Numbered from the stretch's first letter, positions 44,358 through 54,173 are shown. The stretch: DNA of 64,000 bases from Candidatus Bathyarchaeota archaeon (GCA_963826715.1 CAWGYA010000008.1:1088001-1152000); one strand, 5' to 3'. Translations and numbers: made by a program. Notes: generated by a model not told the origin, from the letters alone.

Positions 44358-45593
44358 CTATCTGTATCTCAAAAGTGCCGCGAACCCACCCAATGCAGAA
44401 AGTCGCGCTTTCTCTTCTGTGCCTGTAAAAATAACCTCAACTTTTGCATCTGTTTGTGCTGCTGCATCCTCCAAAACATCCACCATATCCTTTTCCACAA
44501 TCTCCCATTCTATTCCCTTGCATTTCATGCAGGGCGTCGCCAACAGCGTTTGAAGTGTAGTTGTATCTTTCTTTTTGAGTATTTCTGATTTGCCAAGACC
44601 GCATTTTTTGCATAGGGCTTCAACTTCATAGAGATCAGAATCGTCAGTTATGAGTGCAATTTCAACTGCTCCTCTCTTAAGATCCTCCAGAACAGAATCT
44701 AAACCGGTGGTCGCCAAACCTTGTTCTTTATTGAGTTCTGCTTCGAGTCGCATCATTGTCTTTTTCTCTTCTGGTCCACACATGCTTTTTAGTGTCTCGG
44801 AGGATTTGGCGAGCATTTCGCGTATGCCGTCTTCACATGCAGTTTGAGTGTCAACCACATTTAGTAGGGCATTTTTAAGTTCATAATGCAAAAAATTGCC
44901 TTTAATGAATTCGTTTTTCGTTAACCCTGGTCCACCTACAATTAGTACAGTAGCTTTTTGTTTTTCCAGAAACGCCTTAGCTGAGTGCTCGGCTATTCTG
45001 TTGAAGAAATAGGTGATTTCCATGTCGCGTTCGCGTTCGTAGCGACGTTGACTCTGTCCACCTTTGCTTGTTTTGCCGGGTACACCCGAGGTGAGGTTTT
45101 CTAAAAATTCAATGTGTTCTCCATTGCGTATGGCAATGGTTGCTTGTTTTGCGTCGATTGCGATTAAGCCAACTATTCGTTGGTCTCTTAGCATTTGTCT
45201 AAGCTGTTCCAACTCGAAATGGTTCGTTATCTCTCTATAGAATTTGTTCACGGGTTTAGGGGGAACGAGTTCTTCGATGTTTAAAGTCTCTTTATCCTGA
45301 TTGATTCCAGCAAATATTCCTGCGAAGAGTACAAGTCCATTCTCTGGCGCTTGTTTCTGCTGTTTTACCCTCAGGATTATGCCTCGGAGGGCTTCTTGGA
45401 TTCGTTGGTTGGTGTTTCTGGATTTTAAACTCGCAGTTTCAATGTCTTCTTTGAGGTTCGCCACAATGGTGTCAATTGATGCGTGAGCTGGTATGTAAAG
45501 AGAGACAAATTCGTTGTTTGTTGCTTGTTTTTCAGAGAGGTGTGCGATGAGTTTGCGTAGCTTATGTTGTTTTGCGGAATAGCTGGTTGTCAT
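44358..45593 (-). CDS. Peptide chain release factor aRF1 paralog (divergent domain 1)
   Basis: VSLYIP, ENGLVLF, VPGKTSKGGQSQRRYER, GGPG.TK, Zn ribbon, LGGFAALLRY. Start at ATG 45593 preferred. Confidence 0.85.
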   Translation of the reverse strand: MTTSYSAKQHKLRKLIAHLSEKQATNNEFVSLYIPAHASIDTIVANLKEDIETASLKSRNTNQRIQEALRGIILRVKQQKQAPENGLVLFAGIFAGINQDKETLNIEELVPPKPVNKFYREITNHFELEQLRQMLRDQRIVGLIAIDAKQATIAIRNGEHIEFLENLTSGVPGKTSKGGQSQRRYERERDMEITYFFNRIAEHSAKAFLEKQKATVLIVGGPGLTKNEFIKGNFLHYELKNALLNVVDTQTACEDGIREMLAKSSETLKSMCGPEEKKTMMRLEAELNKEQGLATTGLDSVLEDLKRGAVEIALITDDSDLYEVEALCKKCGLGKSEILKKKDTTTLQTLLATPCMKCKGIEWEIVEKDMVDVLEDAAAQTDAKVEVIFTGTEEKARLSALGGFAALLRYR

Positions 45594-45706
45594 TTGGCAG
45601 CCGTAGAAATGAGTGACTTTTTCTGTAATCATTGAGGGTACCTACTTAAAGTATCGGCGTTGCCTAATTTATCAGTTGCTCGGCTGCGATGTACTCTGAT
45701 TATGAT

Positions 45707-45991
45707 TTATGGAAAGGTGGCAAATTCGCTCCAATGCTGTGCTAAGTATGCAATTGCCCAGATAATTAAGCCTATGTAGACTACCCAAAGCCATTTAGTT
45801 ACGGGTCCTTTGGAGTCGCGGATTGTTCCTGCGAAATCTTCAGAGTTTTTTTCTGTTTCTTCAACAGTGTATTCGTCAGAGCTTCGGACAATTAAGAAGA
45901 TGGCAATTGATACTAATCCAACAATAAGTAATGTGACATATGCATAGATTGGATCAACAAATACTATGTGCGATAGAAAAGACTGATTCAA
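45707..45991 (-). CDS. Two-TM protein resembling the N-terminal membrane anchor of CcoP/FixP
   Basis: EDFAGTIRDSKGPVTKWLWVVYIGLIIWAIAY aligns by eye with the FixP_N pattern (E.DGI.E...P.P.W....F...I.....Y). GAGGAGG SD, last gene of the cco operon. Confidence 0.5.
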   Translation of the reverse strand: MNQSFLSHIVFVDPIYAYVTLLIVGLVSIAIFLIVRSSDEYTVEETEKNSEDFAGTIRDSKGPVTKWLWVVYIGLIIWAIAYLAQHWSEFATFP

Positions 45992-45993
45992 TT

Positions 45994-46140
45994 TTATTCT
46001 TCATCCTCCTCAAGGGGCAGAGAGCATAGGAAATCATTGGATTCGAACTGTTTTGTTTTAAACGCCCAAACCACAAATCCTGCAGTTATCAAAGTTATCA
46101 ACAGCGCTCCTATCGTGTAAATGAGCATGTCTATGTTCAC
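45994..46140 (-). CDS. ccoS: CcoS/FixS-like cbb3 oxidase maturation protein, 48 aa (not in ORF track)
   Basis: Manual translation MNIDMLIYTIGALLITLITAGFVVWAFKTKQFESNDFLCSLPLEEDEE (F.WA....QF motif, acidic tail). GTGA overlap with the upstream stop and an AGGAGG SD. Confidence 0.7.
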   Translation of the reverse strand: MNIDMLIYTIGALLITLITAGFVVWAFKTKQFESNDFLCSLPLEEDEE

Positions 46141-47741
46141 AACCTAAACCTCCTTGAACTGCAATTTCGTTGACTTTGCAGTTTTGTTTTTTCATAAATG
46201 ATTTTTTGTTGCTTAAACTTTAGTTCCCAAAGTGCAATCGCAGACAATATAATCATAGCAGTAGTAGTCGATGCGCCTAAACTGGTTAAGTATCCAGCGG
46301 ATTCGGGTCCGCCTTTTAGATTTCTTGCGTAAGCATCAGTGTATTGGGGTGCCCACTTGGCATTATAATCTTGAACGGTAGAAAAACTCTGAACATAAAA
46401 TATAGCCTCATAGATTTCGTTATCTGATAATGCAAATTTCCAAGGAGGCATGTTTGTTGTTTCTACCCCTTCTCGTGCTTTCCAAACATAACGTCCATAA
46501 TTTTCAAAATCGCTCCCTGATTCCGTAAAGTTGGCTGGCACTGGAATAATATAGCCGCCATTGACTTTCCCTGAAGCTGGTCCGTCTCCTTGACCATTTT
46601 CACCGTGGCATTGGGCGCAATATAGAGTGAAGAGATCTTGTCCTGCTTTGAATTGTTGTTGAGTGCCTGCTATTGGTGGCGAATTAAGGGTTGTTTGTGC
46701 GAAGTTGTCGCCTTCAGCATCGGAGATGTCACCTGATATTGTTCTTGCTGAGCCAAATACAAAACTCATCTCGTAAATTGCGATCATTTGGATTTGGGTG
46801 TTGCTTAGTGACAAACCCCATGGAGGCATAGCTGTTCCGGGTACTCCTTCGGTGACGCGCCAGATATGGTAATTATTGCCTGGGAATGTTGCGATTCTCT
46901 CGTTTAGGTTGGCTGGTTGTGTAACTACATGGCGTGCGTAAGGGCCCTGAGCGTTTCCTGAGCCACCGTGGCATGGCAAACAGCGTTGGGTATAGTTTGC
47001 TTTTGCGGTGTTATAAATTGCTGCCCATTGATCGCCTAATGATGCGTTGCCGTTGAATACGTCATTTTCTATATCGTATTGGGATAGAACTGTCATGTAT
47101 ATTGATCCAAATTGGTTTGTTGTATTCAGGTAATCTTGGGGTACTGCAGGATGGTACGCGGCGTTGTTGGTTATGGATGTCTCAACTTGGAGATTTTTTT
47201 GTCCTAAGTTTTGAATGTAGGCGATTAGGGCATCGATTTGGGTGTCGGTTAAGAAGCCGAAGTTTGGCATTATCGAACCTGGGCTTACGCTTCTTGGGTC
47301 TTTGTCGTGGGTTTGATGCCAAATAGTTGGTCGCATGCCTCCTATCTGAGCAAGGTCTGGACCCGTTCTCTCTGTCCCCAACGCGTTGGGACTGTCATAA
47401 ACGTAGTCACCTTCTTGTGAAACGTTGCCTATTCCCCAATCTGCAGCTCTAACTTGTTGAGAGTGGCAGTAGAAGCACCCTAAAGTCATGAATAAGTTTC
47501 TTCCTTCCGCTTCCTGAGTGGTGTATGTGTGAGCTGTATCGCTTGGGGGAATATCTAAAAGAAACATGTAGGGGGCAACCACCACCATGCTGACCATAAG
47601 CAGAAATACGGCTATTCCACCTGCTGCTATGGGGAATAGATTTTTGATTTGGATCTTTTTTCCTAATGTTTTAGTTTGTTTAGTTACTGACCTTTCGATT
47701 CGATCTAATCCATTTTCAAGTTTTTTTTCGGTATTATTCAT
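46137..47741 (-). CDS. ccoO: cbb3-type oxidase subunit II (CcoO) fused to two further cytochrome c domains (3 CxxCH)
   Basis: GCFYCHSQQVR, LGTERTGPDL, DPRSVSPGSIMP, plus CLPCHG...AMPPW and CAQCHG...NMPPW. Confidence 0.9.
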   Translation of the reverse strand: MNNTEKKLENGLDRIERSVTKQTKTLGKKIQIKNLFPIAAGGIAVFLLMVSMVVVAPYMFLLDIPPSDTAHTYTTQEAEGRNLFMTLGCFYCHSQQVRAADWGIGNVSQEGDYVYDSPNALGTERTGPDLAQIGGMRPTIWHQTHDKDPRSVSPGSIMPNFGFLTDTQIDALIAYIQNLGQKNLQVETSITNNAAYHPAVPQDYLNTTNQFGSIYMTVLSQYDIENDVFNGNASLGDQWAAIYNTAKANYTQRCLPCHGGSGNAQGPYARHVVTQPANLNERIATFPGNNYHIWRVTEGVPGTAMPPWGLSLSNTQIQMIAIYEMSFVFGSARTISGDISDAEGDNFAQTTLNSPPIAGTQQQFKAGQDLFTLYCAQCHGENGQGDGPASGKVNGGYIIPVPANFTESGSDFENYGRYVWKAREGVETTNMPPWKFALSDNEIYEAIFYVQSFSTVQDYNAKWAPQYTDAYARNLKGGPESAGYLTSLGASTTTAMIILSAIALWELKFKQQKIIYEKTKLQSQRNCSSRRFRL

Positions 47742-49164
47742 CGCTTAAAACCCCCTTTTGTTTAGAAATCAAGTTCAGGGTCGGTTTTGATATAATTGTC
47801 ATTATGATGTTTATGGCAAAGAGAAAAGCGGATACGACAACGATTCCGCCGCCGATAGCTCTAATGATAAAGTAAGGTGCCAAAGTTGGTAGGACTTGGG
47901 CAATTGTTTGGTGGGTAAACCAACCAGCGTTAGCTACTAACCCTGCGAGCATCATACCTAACATGAAAATAATAAAACCTAGTAGAGAAACCCACCAGGT
48001 TACATCCATGAGTTTTTTGTTGTATAGTGGTTTTCCGCTTATTCGGGGGACTAGATAGAACATCATGCCTACGATGGTGAGTCCGAAGGATGCGTAGAGT
48101 GCTAAATGTGAATGCATAACGGTCCATTGTGAATAGTGTAGATAGAGGTTCATGTCTCGGAGCGCTTGGAATGTTCCTTGAATGGAGACGAAAATATAGC
48201 ATACGAAGCCGAAAATAATGAACCTTAAAGGTACATTGCTTAAGAAAGTATGCCAGGCGCCGCGAAGTGTCATGCCGATGTTTGTTGCAAATGTTAACAC
48301 CGAAATCATCATGAGCCCACTTGTGGTGACGGCGATGGTTTTTAGCCATTCGGGAATTGAAGATTGTAATAGATGATGGCCTCCAACGCCTGTATAGAAG
48401 AATGCTAATGCGAAGAAGCTGATTAGTGAGAGGGTTACGCTGTAGAGGGCACGTTTTGAAAGTTTAGGGATAAAATAGTACCATAACGCCAATCCAAAAG
48501 GTGTGAACCAAAGACCCAGTACGTTATGTCCGTAGAACCAGTTAACTATGGCGTCAGTTAAGCCAAAAAGGGCTCCACTTGGCGGTTGCCACATGACGTT
48601 TCCTATGAAATATACAATTGGGAACCACAAAAATATCCCGGCAAAAAACCAGAGGCTTACATAGAGTTTGCGTTCTCTCCTTTTTAGGATCGTGCCAAGT
48701 ATGGTGATGCCAATTATAACTAAGGTAATCATTATCAAAACATCAATTATCCACGGCATCTCTGCGTATTCTCTGGCTTGTGTGTTTCCAACCATTATCA
48801 AAAGAATACCTGATAACACCGCAACGTTCCATAATATAGCTGCGAGCTTGCCTATTTGGGGTTTATATAATGATACTTTGCTGAGTCTCGGGGCAACGTA
48901 ATACATGGCACCTATAAGACCAGAAGATAAGAAACCAAAGAGTAAACCGTTTACATGGGCGGGTCTGATTCTTCCAAAGGTATCGAACGCTGAATCAACC
49001 AGAAATGTGGGAACAAAAAACTTAATTGCCATTATCATGCCAAAGATAACAAAAATTGGGAACCAGACTGTTGCAGCATACAACCAATATTTTGCAACGG
49101 AATCGCTGCTTTTTAAATCAACAGAATTTTTCTCTGCTTTGGCTGCTTCCAAGGTTTCTCCCAT
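47734..49164 (-). CDS. ccoN: cbb3-type (C-family) heme-copper oxidase subunit I
   Basis: FGRIRPAHVN, REYAE, WFYGHN, YY..PK, FY....GHH, W...HSH: all six His ligands present. ATG at 49164 after GGTGG. Confidence 0.93.
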   Translation of the reverse strand: MGETLEAAKAEKNSVDLKSSDSVAKYWLYAATVWFPIFVIFGMIMAIKFFVPTFLVDSAFDTFGRIRPAHVNGLLFGFLSSGLIGAMYYVAPRLSKVSLYKPQIGKLAAILWNVAVLSGILLIMVGNTQAREYAEMPWIIDVLIMITLVIIGITILGTILKRRERKLYVSLWFFAGIFLWFPIVYFIGNVMWQPPSGALFGLTDAIVNWFYGHNVLGLWFTPFGLALWYYFIPKLSKRALYSVTLSLISFFALAFFYTGVGGHHLLQSSIPEWLKTIAVTTSGLMMISVLTFATNIGMTLRGAWHTFLSNVPLRFIIFGFVCYIFVSIQGTFQALRDMNLYLHYSQWTVMHSHLALYASFGLTIVGMMFYLVPRISGKPLYNKKLMDVTWWVSLLGFIIFMLGMMLAGLVANAGWFTHQTIAQVLPTLAPYFIIRAIGGGIVVVSAFLFAINIIMTIISKPTLNLISKQKGVLSDE

Positions 49165-49307
49165 AAAAACCACCAAAATTGACAATTAAATGTCGGATGA
49201 TTATCTTTATATAACTTTTGATTACCCTGTGCTACCTATAAATTTTTATTTCCCAAAATATTTGAATAAGTTAAGAAATAAAATTATATTTTACTGGGTA
49301 GGCTGCT

Positions 49308-49751
49308 GTGGTAGTTACTTTTGAAGTAGTTCATGAGTTGATGGCGCAGGCAAATGTAGTTATCTTAATCGGCGCTGCCTTTTTGATAGTTGTTAGTCTT
49401 TTTCTTGAACGAAAAAAGAAGTGGGTTTGGCATGGCAACTCGATGATGGTAGTGATGATAATTACCGTTCTGCTGGTCCTTGCGCACATGGGGCCTTCTT
49501 TTGTTTCAGCTGTTCTTGAGGCCGTCAATAGTTTAGATATCGTTGCGGTTGTGGGTGTTATCCATGGTGTAATAGGGGTGTTTGCCCTCGTTTTAGGCGC
49601 AGGGTTAGTTTGGGTGTGGTCGATTAACGAATCAAGCAGTACAGGGTACTGTTTTTCAAGAAAAAACCTTATGTTAAAAATCTTGGCGCTATGGCTTGTT
49701 TCTTTGGGGCTTGGCGGTTTATACTACTTGTTGCACATTACTCTTGGATAA
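49308..49751 (+). CDS. Four-TM His-containing membrane protein (DUF420-like)
   Basis: K...HG..M and H...G motifs in TM helices, adjacent to the oxidase. Confidence 0.55.
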   Translation: MVVTFEVVHELMAQANVVILIGAAFLIVVSLFLERKKKWVWHGNSMMVVMIITVLLVLAHMGPSFVSAVLEAVNSLDIVAVVGVIHGVIGVFALVLGAGLVWVWSINESSSTGYCFSRKNLMLKILALWLVSLGLGGLYYLLHITLG

Positions 49752-51654
49752 CGCTTTGGTCGATTGTCGTCTTTGTTAAAGCTACATCCTTTATTAGTTG
49801 AGCGAAAATAGCCAAAGCTAATAAAATTATGCCTAGCCAAAGAAGATAAATTAATGGGTTATTTTGCACTTTCAGAGACAGGGTGTCTGAAAGTGAACTG
49901 GTGCCACTAAAGGTGTCAGTAAGGCTGTTATAGAGTTCATCTGTAAATTCTAAATGGAGGTAGATATCTCCGCTGGTTGTGCTGATTATGAGAGGTTTAA
50001 GCATTAGACCATAGTTGGGGTAGAAGCTAGCGGATATATTTCCTCTGTAACTTGTTTTGTCATCATGGACGGTTACGTCTGCGGTGATAATCGAATATTC
50101 TGAGATTACTGCTTTAGCTTGGGCATTGTAAACTTTTGATGTGCTATTATCTAAATGTATACTGTTAATTTGAATGGTTAGATTCAAAGCTTTATTGGTA
50201 GAGTTAACCTTCACATCTTCTAGTGTTGCTGAGGTTTTTGCTCCGGCGCTTACGAAAATACCTAGAAGTAAAACAATCACAGCTAAACCAAACAATCCTT
50301 GCCAAAACAACTTTTTAGTCTGAGCGGTTCTTACCTGTTTGTACACTAACCCCATTAATGTCACAATTAAAAGAGGGAGAGTTAAAGTTAGAAGAGTATT
50401 TACTGGCGCTATGCCTATCAATGAAAGGATAGCTCCTGTAACCAATGCTACTAGAACTATCAGAAATTGCCGGGCGTAGTGAGTTTTTTCGTTAAGGCTA
50501 AACCCAACTAGCGCTATAACAAATAGAACTACAAAAGGATAAGTCCACAGGCTGTATGCGAAATTGGTAAAGGCTAAACCGGCAAGGCATACGGCAGCTA
50601 TAAGGATTAATGCCCAGAATCCTACAAATGAGGAACGTGCAGTCAATGATTTTTTATCAACTTCCAGTTTGATGAGGGGTTTGCGTTTATTTTTTGATAG
50701 GTAAAAGAAGTAACCCATCATAGCAACAGCGTATGAGAGCATTACCGGGCCAATGGCGGATGAAGCATATGAATGGACTGATTGGGTTAATCCGCCGCGG
50801 GTTAAGGCGCTTAGAAATACTAGACTTGCGAATGTGAGCATAATCATTGTTTCTTGGGTTAGGCTGGTTTTTCCTTTTGAAATTTCTTTTACGATAAAGT
50901 AGGCTGTTAAAATGAGCCATGGTAGAAGTGAAGCTGTTTCCACGGGATCCCATGCCCAATATCCTCCCCACCCTAAGACGGCATATGCCCAAACGCCGCC
51001 TAAAGCTATGCCTATTGTAAGCAGCAACCAAGCCAAATGTGTTGATGCTTTAAAGAGCCTCATAGCGTCTAGGTCTTTGTTAGTTTTCAAACTTGCTAGC
51101 GAGAGTGCGAAAGCCAAAACCACAAAGGCATAAGCTGAAAAAACAATCGGCGGGTGAATTGCCATCCATAGACTCTGGAGTTGTGGGTTGAGTCCTATGC
51201 CCTGAACTGGGGTTATTGCTAAGTGTTCAAAAGGGTTTCTTAAGAGGCAAACAATTAAGAAAACAATAACCGCGATTCCCAAGACCTGATAGGTTACTGT
51301 TCGGGTTTTCTCTATTTTTTTGAGTCCCGTGATTCGCAGCAAAAAATATACTGCCATTAATATTATTGTTAATAGCAGCATTGAACCTCCTGCCCCTGCC
51401 CAGCTTGCATATATCTTGGAGAGAAGCGAGGTTCCCGTTGAGCTAAATGAGTAAACTGCTGAGTAAGAGAAGTTGTTGTTTATGAATGCTAAAAGAAGCG
51501 ACACATACAAACCTAAAATGATTAGGAAAGCAGTGGCGGAAGCGAAAATACCGCCTCCGTTTTTCCATTTTTGACTTATACCGGTTAGCGGAAAAAGTAT
51601 ATCTAATAAAATAAGCAAAACGGCTACAATTAGAAGAAATATTTCCCAGTTCAT
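49738..51654 (-). CDS. ccmF: Cytochrome c maturation heme lyase CcmF/NrfE
   Basis: W.G..GS.L, GLNP.LQ..WMAIHPP, WAY..LGWGGYWAWDPVE..SLLPW, TR.G...SVHS. Confidence 0.92.
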   Translation of the reverse strand: MNWEIFLLIVAVLLILLDILFPLTGISQKWKNGGGIFASATAFLIILGLYVSLLLAFINNNFSYSAVYSFSSTGTSLLSKIYASWAGAGGSMLLLTIILMAVYFLLRITGLKKIEKTRTVTYQVLGIAVIVFLIVCLLRNPFEHLAITPVQGIGLNPQLQSLWMAIHPPIVFSAYAFVVLAFALSLASLKTNKDLDAMRLFKASTHLAWLLLTIGIALGGVWAYAVLGWGGYWAWDPVETASLLPWLILTAYFIVKEISKGKTSLTQETMIMLTFASLVFLSALTRGGLTQSVHSYASSAIGPVMLSYAVAMMGYFFYLSKNKRKPLIKLEVDKKSLTARSSFVGFWALILIAAVCLAGLAFTNFAYSLWTYPFVVLFVIALVGFSLNEKTHYARQFLIVLVALVTGAILSLIGIAPVNTLLTLTLPLLIVTLMGLVYKQVRTAQTKKLFWQGLFGLAVIVLLLGIFVSAGAKTSATLEDVKVNSTNKALNLTIQINSIHLDNSTSKVYNAQAKAVISEYSIITADVTVHDDKTSYRGNISASFYPNYGLMLKPLIISTTSGDIYLHLEFTDELYNSLTDTFSGTSSLSDTLSLKVQNNPLIYLLWLGIILLALAIFAQLIKDVALTKTTIDQSVIQE

Positions 51655-51878
51655 CTTGATATCAGGATACTCTACATTTCCGAGGGTGAATATTTAAAAT
51701 TTTGGTAAGTGGTTTTCTCTGAAATATCGGATATCATTCACTGAAAACCGAAAGGAGGCTTCTTCTAAGCAGGATTAGCTTATCTATTTTTGTTTGGACA
51801 CCCACACACTCAACATCGTCCTGAAAAATCATGAAATCAAGCAATAACTAAATACCACCGACTCCTAAATCTCTGTTT

Positions 51879-52730
51879 ATGGGGTACCAGCCGCGGGCAA
51901 AGGCGCCACGAAGCACAGGTTATGGCAGCAGGAGAACGCTACGTGAGAGAAGTAGGGAAAAAAAACGCCTTCTAAAACGACCCCCTCAACAATTTCAACC
52001 CCAAAAAAACGTCCCAACTGAACAGGAAATCTCCGAAGCAACCCTTAAGCGCTTACATACATTGGGGCGCCAAAAATTCGGTTCATCCCCCTTCAACGAG
52101 CACTTTGATCGATGGCTAACTAATTTATATGCAGTTTTAGACGAATTTAAAGCGTTTCCTGGCATAGGTGTCGATGAGCAATTTCTTAATGAGTGCAATC
52201 AGGCACTTGATGTGATAAAGCTTCAATTAGACGATTGGCGCAGAAAAGAATTCTCAGTTGAGCAGGACATTAAAAATGTAGCGTATTTTCGTAGCTGTCT
52301 AAATCAAATTAACATGGAATATTCAAAAGCTCTTATGGCGATTAGAAGCAAAAGAAATCGTGCAGTTGAACTCATAACTAGTAAAATAGATGGTCTCAAA
52401 GGCGAACAGGACAAAATAATCCAGACGAAGGCGGGTCTTTTTCGTACTGTCTCAAAAAAAGCCAGAGAGCAAAAAGAAATAGTGGTGGTTGAGCAGTTGA
52501 GCGAAAAGCAGCGAGAGTTAGAGATGGTGTTCCTGGATTTTAGCACCGAAAAAAAGCAGCTTCAAGAGGAATTCGATGCTAAACGGGAGCCTATTTTGGA
52601 GCAAATGAAGAGGGTTCAGAAGAAAATCAGTGATTTGGATACCGATGCTTCACTTGAAGCTCGCTGGTTTGCTTGTGAAAGTTTGATTGATGCAGTGAAT
52701 AGTTTTATGCAAAGAAAATCTGCAATTTAG
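51879..52730 (+). CDS. Hypothetical coiled-coil protein with basic N-terminus
   Basis: 283-aa ORF, Arg/Lys-rich N-terminus, long heptad helices. Confidence 0.7.
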   Translation: MGYQPRAKAPRSTGYGSRRTLRERSREKKRLLKRPPQQFQPQKNVPTEQEISEATLKRLHTLGRQKFGSSPFNEHFDRWLTNLYAVLDEFKAFPGIGVDEQFLNECNQALDVIKLQLDDWRRKEFSVEQDIKNVAYFRSCLNQINMEYSKALMAIRSKRNRAVELITSKIDGLKGEQDKIIQTKAGLFRTVSKKAREQKEIVVVEQLSEKQRELEMVFLDFSTEKKQLQEEFDAKREPILEQMKRVQKKISDLDTDASLEARWFACESLIDAVNSFMQRKSAI

Positions 52731-52769
52731 TAGGAAGCTTATCCTCAAGATAAAATAGATTAATATCGT

Positions 52770-53006
52770 TTATTTTTTATCAGTCAGCATCAAGGTCAAG
52801 GTTGAGGTGACATTTGCTATTTTCCTAAGCTTAAAAGTGACTAATTCCTTGAGTTCATCAGGTGAGTCTGCTGTTGCTTTGACAATTAAGTCGTAGACTC
52901 CATAAGAAATATAGGCTTCCTCGATCCCACCTGTTTTTCTAGCTTCTTCTAAAACCTGCTCCTCGGAACCGGGAGAGATGTTAAAAAGTACATATGCGCT
53001 GGTCAT
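52770..53006 (-). CDS. Stand-alone Lrp/AsnC ligand-binding (RAM) domain protein
   Basis: AYVL.N..PG.E, YG.YDLIVK, LRKI.NV.ST.T. No HTH. Confidence 0.88.
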   Translation of the reverse strand: MTSAYVLFNISPGSEEQVLEEARKTGGIEEAYISYGVYDLIVKATADSPDELKELVTFKLRKIANVTSTLTLMLTDKK

Positions 53007-53177
53007 CTCAATCTCTTATACTATTTAATGCCTAATAGATAAAACGTTTACGCAAATTTCACTATTAACCGTTAAGTTGATTGCGTAGCATTTAAGGGAT
53101 TGCAGATTTTGCCAGTTTATATAACTGGAAAATATTACATGAAAGCTAGGTTCCAATTACTTTGAATAGGGATAATT

Positions 53178-54173
53178 ATGGTAAATGAACACATAGAAAG
53201 TAGGGAAGTGTCCTGGAAAGTTTATGGTATAGATGTATACGGGACTCTTACTTCGCCAAAAAATGATGCTATGCACCCCGCAGTTGTTTTTGTAGCTGGC
53301 AGTGGTCCAACTGATCGGGATTGGTGCTCGCCGTTGTTGCCTGGAGATAATGGCAGCGCTAAACTATTGGCTGAAGCACTTGCGGGGCAAGGTTTTGTTA
53401 CTCTTCGCTACGACAAGATAGCTTCTGGACCACACGTAAGAGAAAACATACCTAAACTAATTGGTAAAATAAGCATGCAAAGCCACCTCGAGGAACTAAG
53501 TGGGGCAGTTGAAACGATTTGTGCAGAGAAAAACGTTGATAAAAATCGTATTTTTGTATTAACTAACAGTGAGGGTGCAATCCATGGGGTTAACTATCAG
53601 TTGCAGACGAAGAATAATCATTTTAAAGGGCTTGTGTTAACGGGTGCGCCTGGAAGAGCTATTGGAGCTGTGAGTCGTAGCCAAGTTCTTGCTCAAGTTC
53701 AGCCGTTGTCAAACTCAGAAGTTATGATGAAAAATTATGATAATGCTATCGCTGCGTTCAATGAGGGTAAACCGATACCAACCGAGGCAGGGTTCCCTGA
53801 AGGCATTAAGATGCTATTGCTGAGTTTAGATAGTCCAGTTAACTTGCCCTTTTCTAAAGAATTATGGAGTTACAGTCTCCCTGATTACCTATCTAAAGTT
53901 GATGCACCTGTGCTTGTGGTTATTGGGAAAAAAGATATTCAAGTCAATTGGAAAGATGATGGTTGCCAATTGGAGAAGGCAACTAATCAGAAAACGACTG
54001 TGTCTTTTGTGTATCCAGAAAATGCAAATCATGTGTTGAAATATGAAGGAAAACCGTTTGAACAACTCACTGCTCAAGAAGCCATGTTAAATTACAATGC
54101 CTCCGGAACTGAGCTTGATGTCGATGCGGCAAGTACGATTTATAAATGGCTAAAAGGACAAGCAGAGAGCTAA
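53178..54173 (+). CDS. Alpha/beta hydrolase
   Basis: AGSGPTDRD, LRYDK, nucleophile elbow TNSEGA, G.KD.QV, ANHVLK. Confidence 0.85.
   Translation: MVNEHIESREVSWKVYGIDVYGTLTSPKNDAMHPAVVFVAGSGPTDRDWCSPLLPGDNGSAKLLAEALAGQGFVTLRYDKIASGPHVRENIPKLIGKISMQSHLEELSGAVETICAEKNVDKNRIFVLTNSEGAIHGVNYQLQTKNNHFKGLVLTGAPGRAIGAVSRSQVLAQVQPLSNSEVMMKNYDNAIAAFNEGKPIPTEAGFPEGIKMLLLSLDSPVNLPFSKELWSYSLPDYLSKVDAPVLVVIGKKDIQVNWKDDGCQLEKATNQKTTVSFVYPENANHVLKYEGKPFEQLTAQEAMLNYNASGTELDVDAASTIYKWLKGQAES

Noticed and set aside
49190-49307. FNR-like oxygen-responsive box in the ccoN promoter
   Set aside because: Only a TTGAT half-site; no matching ATCAA at the right spacing.
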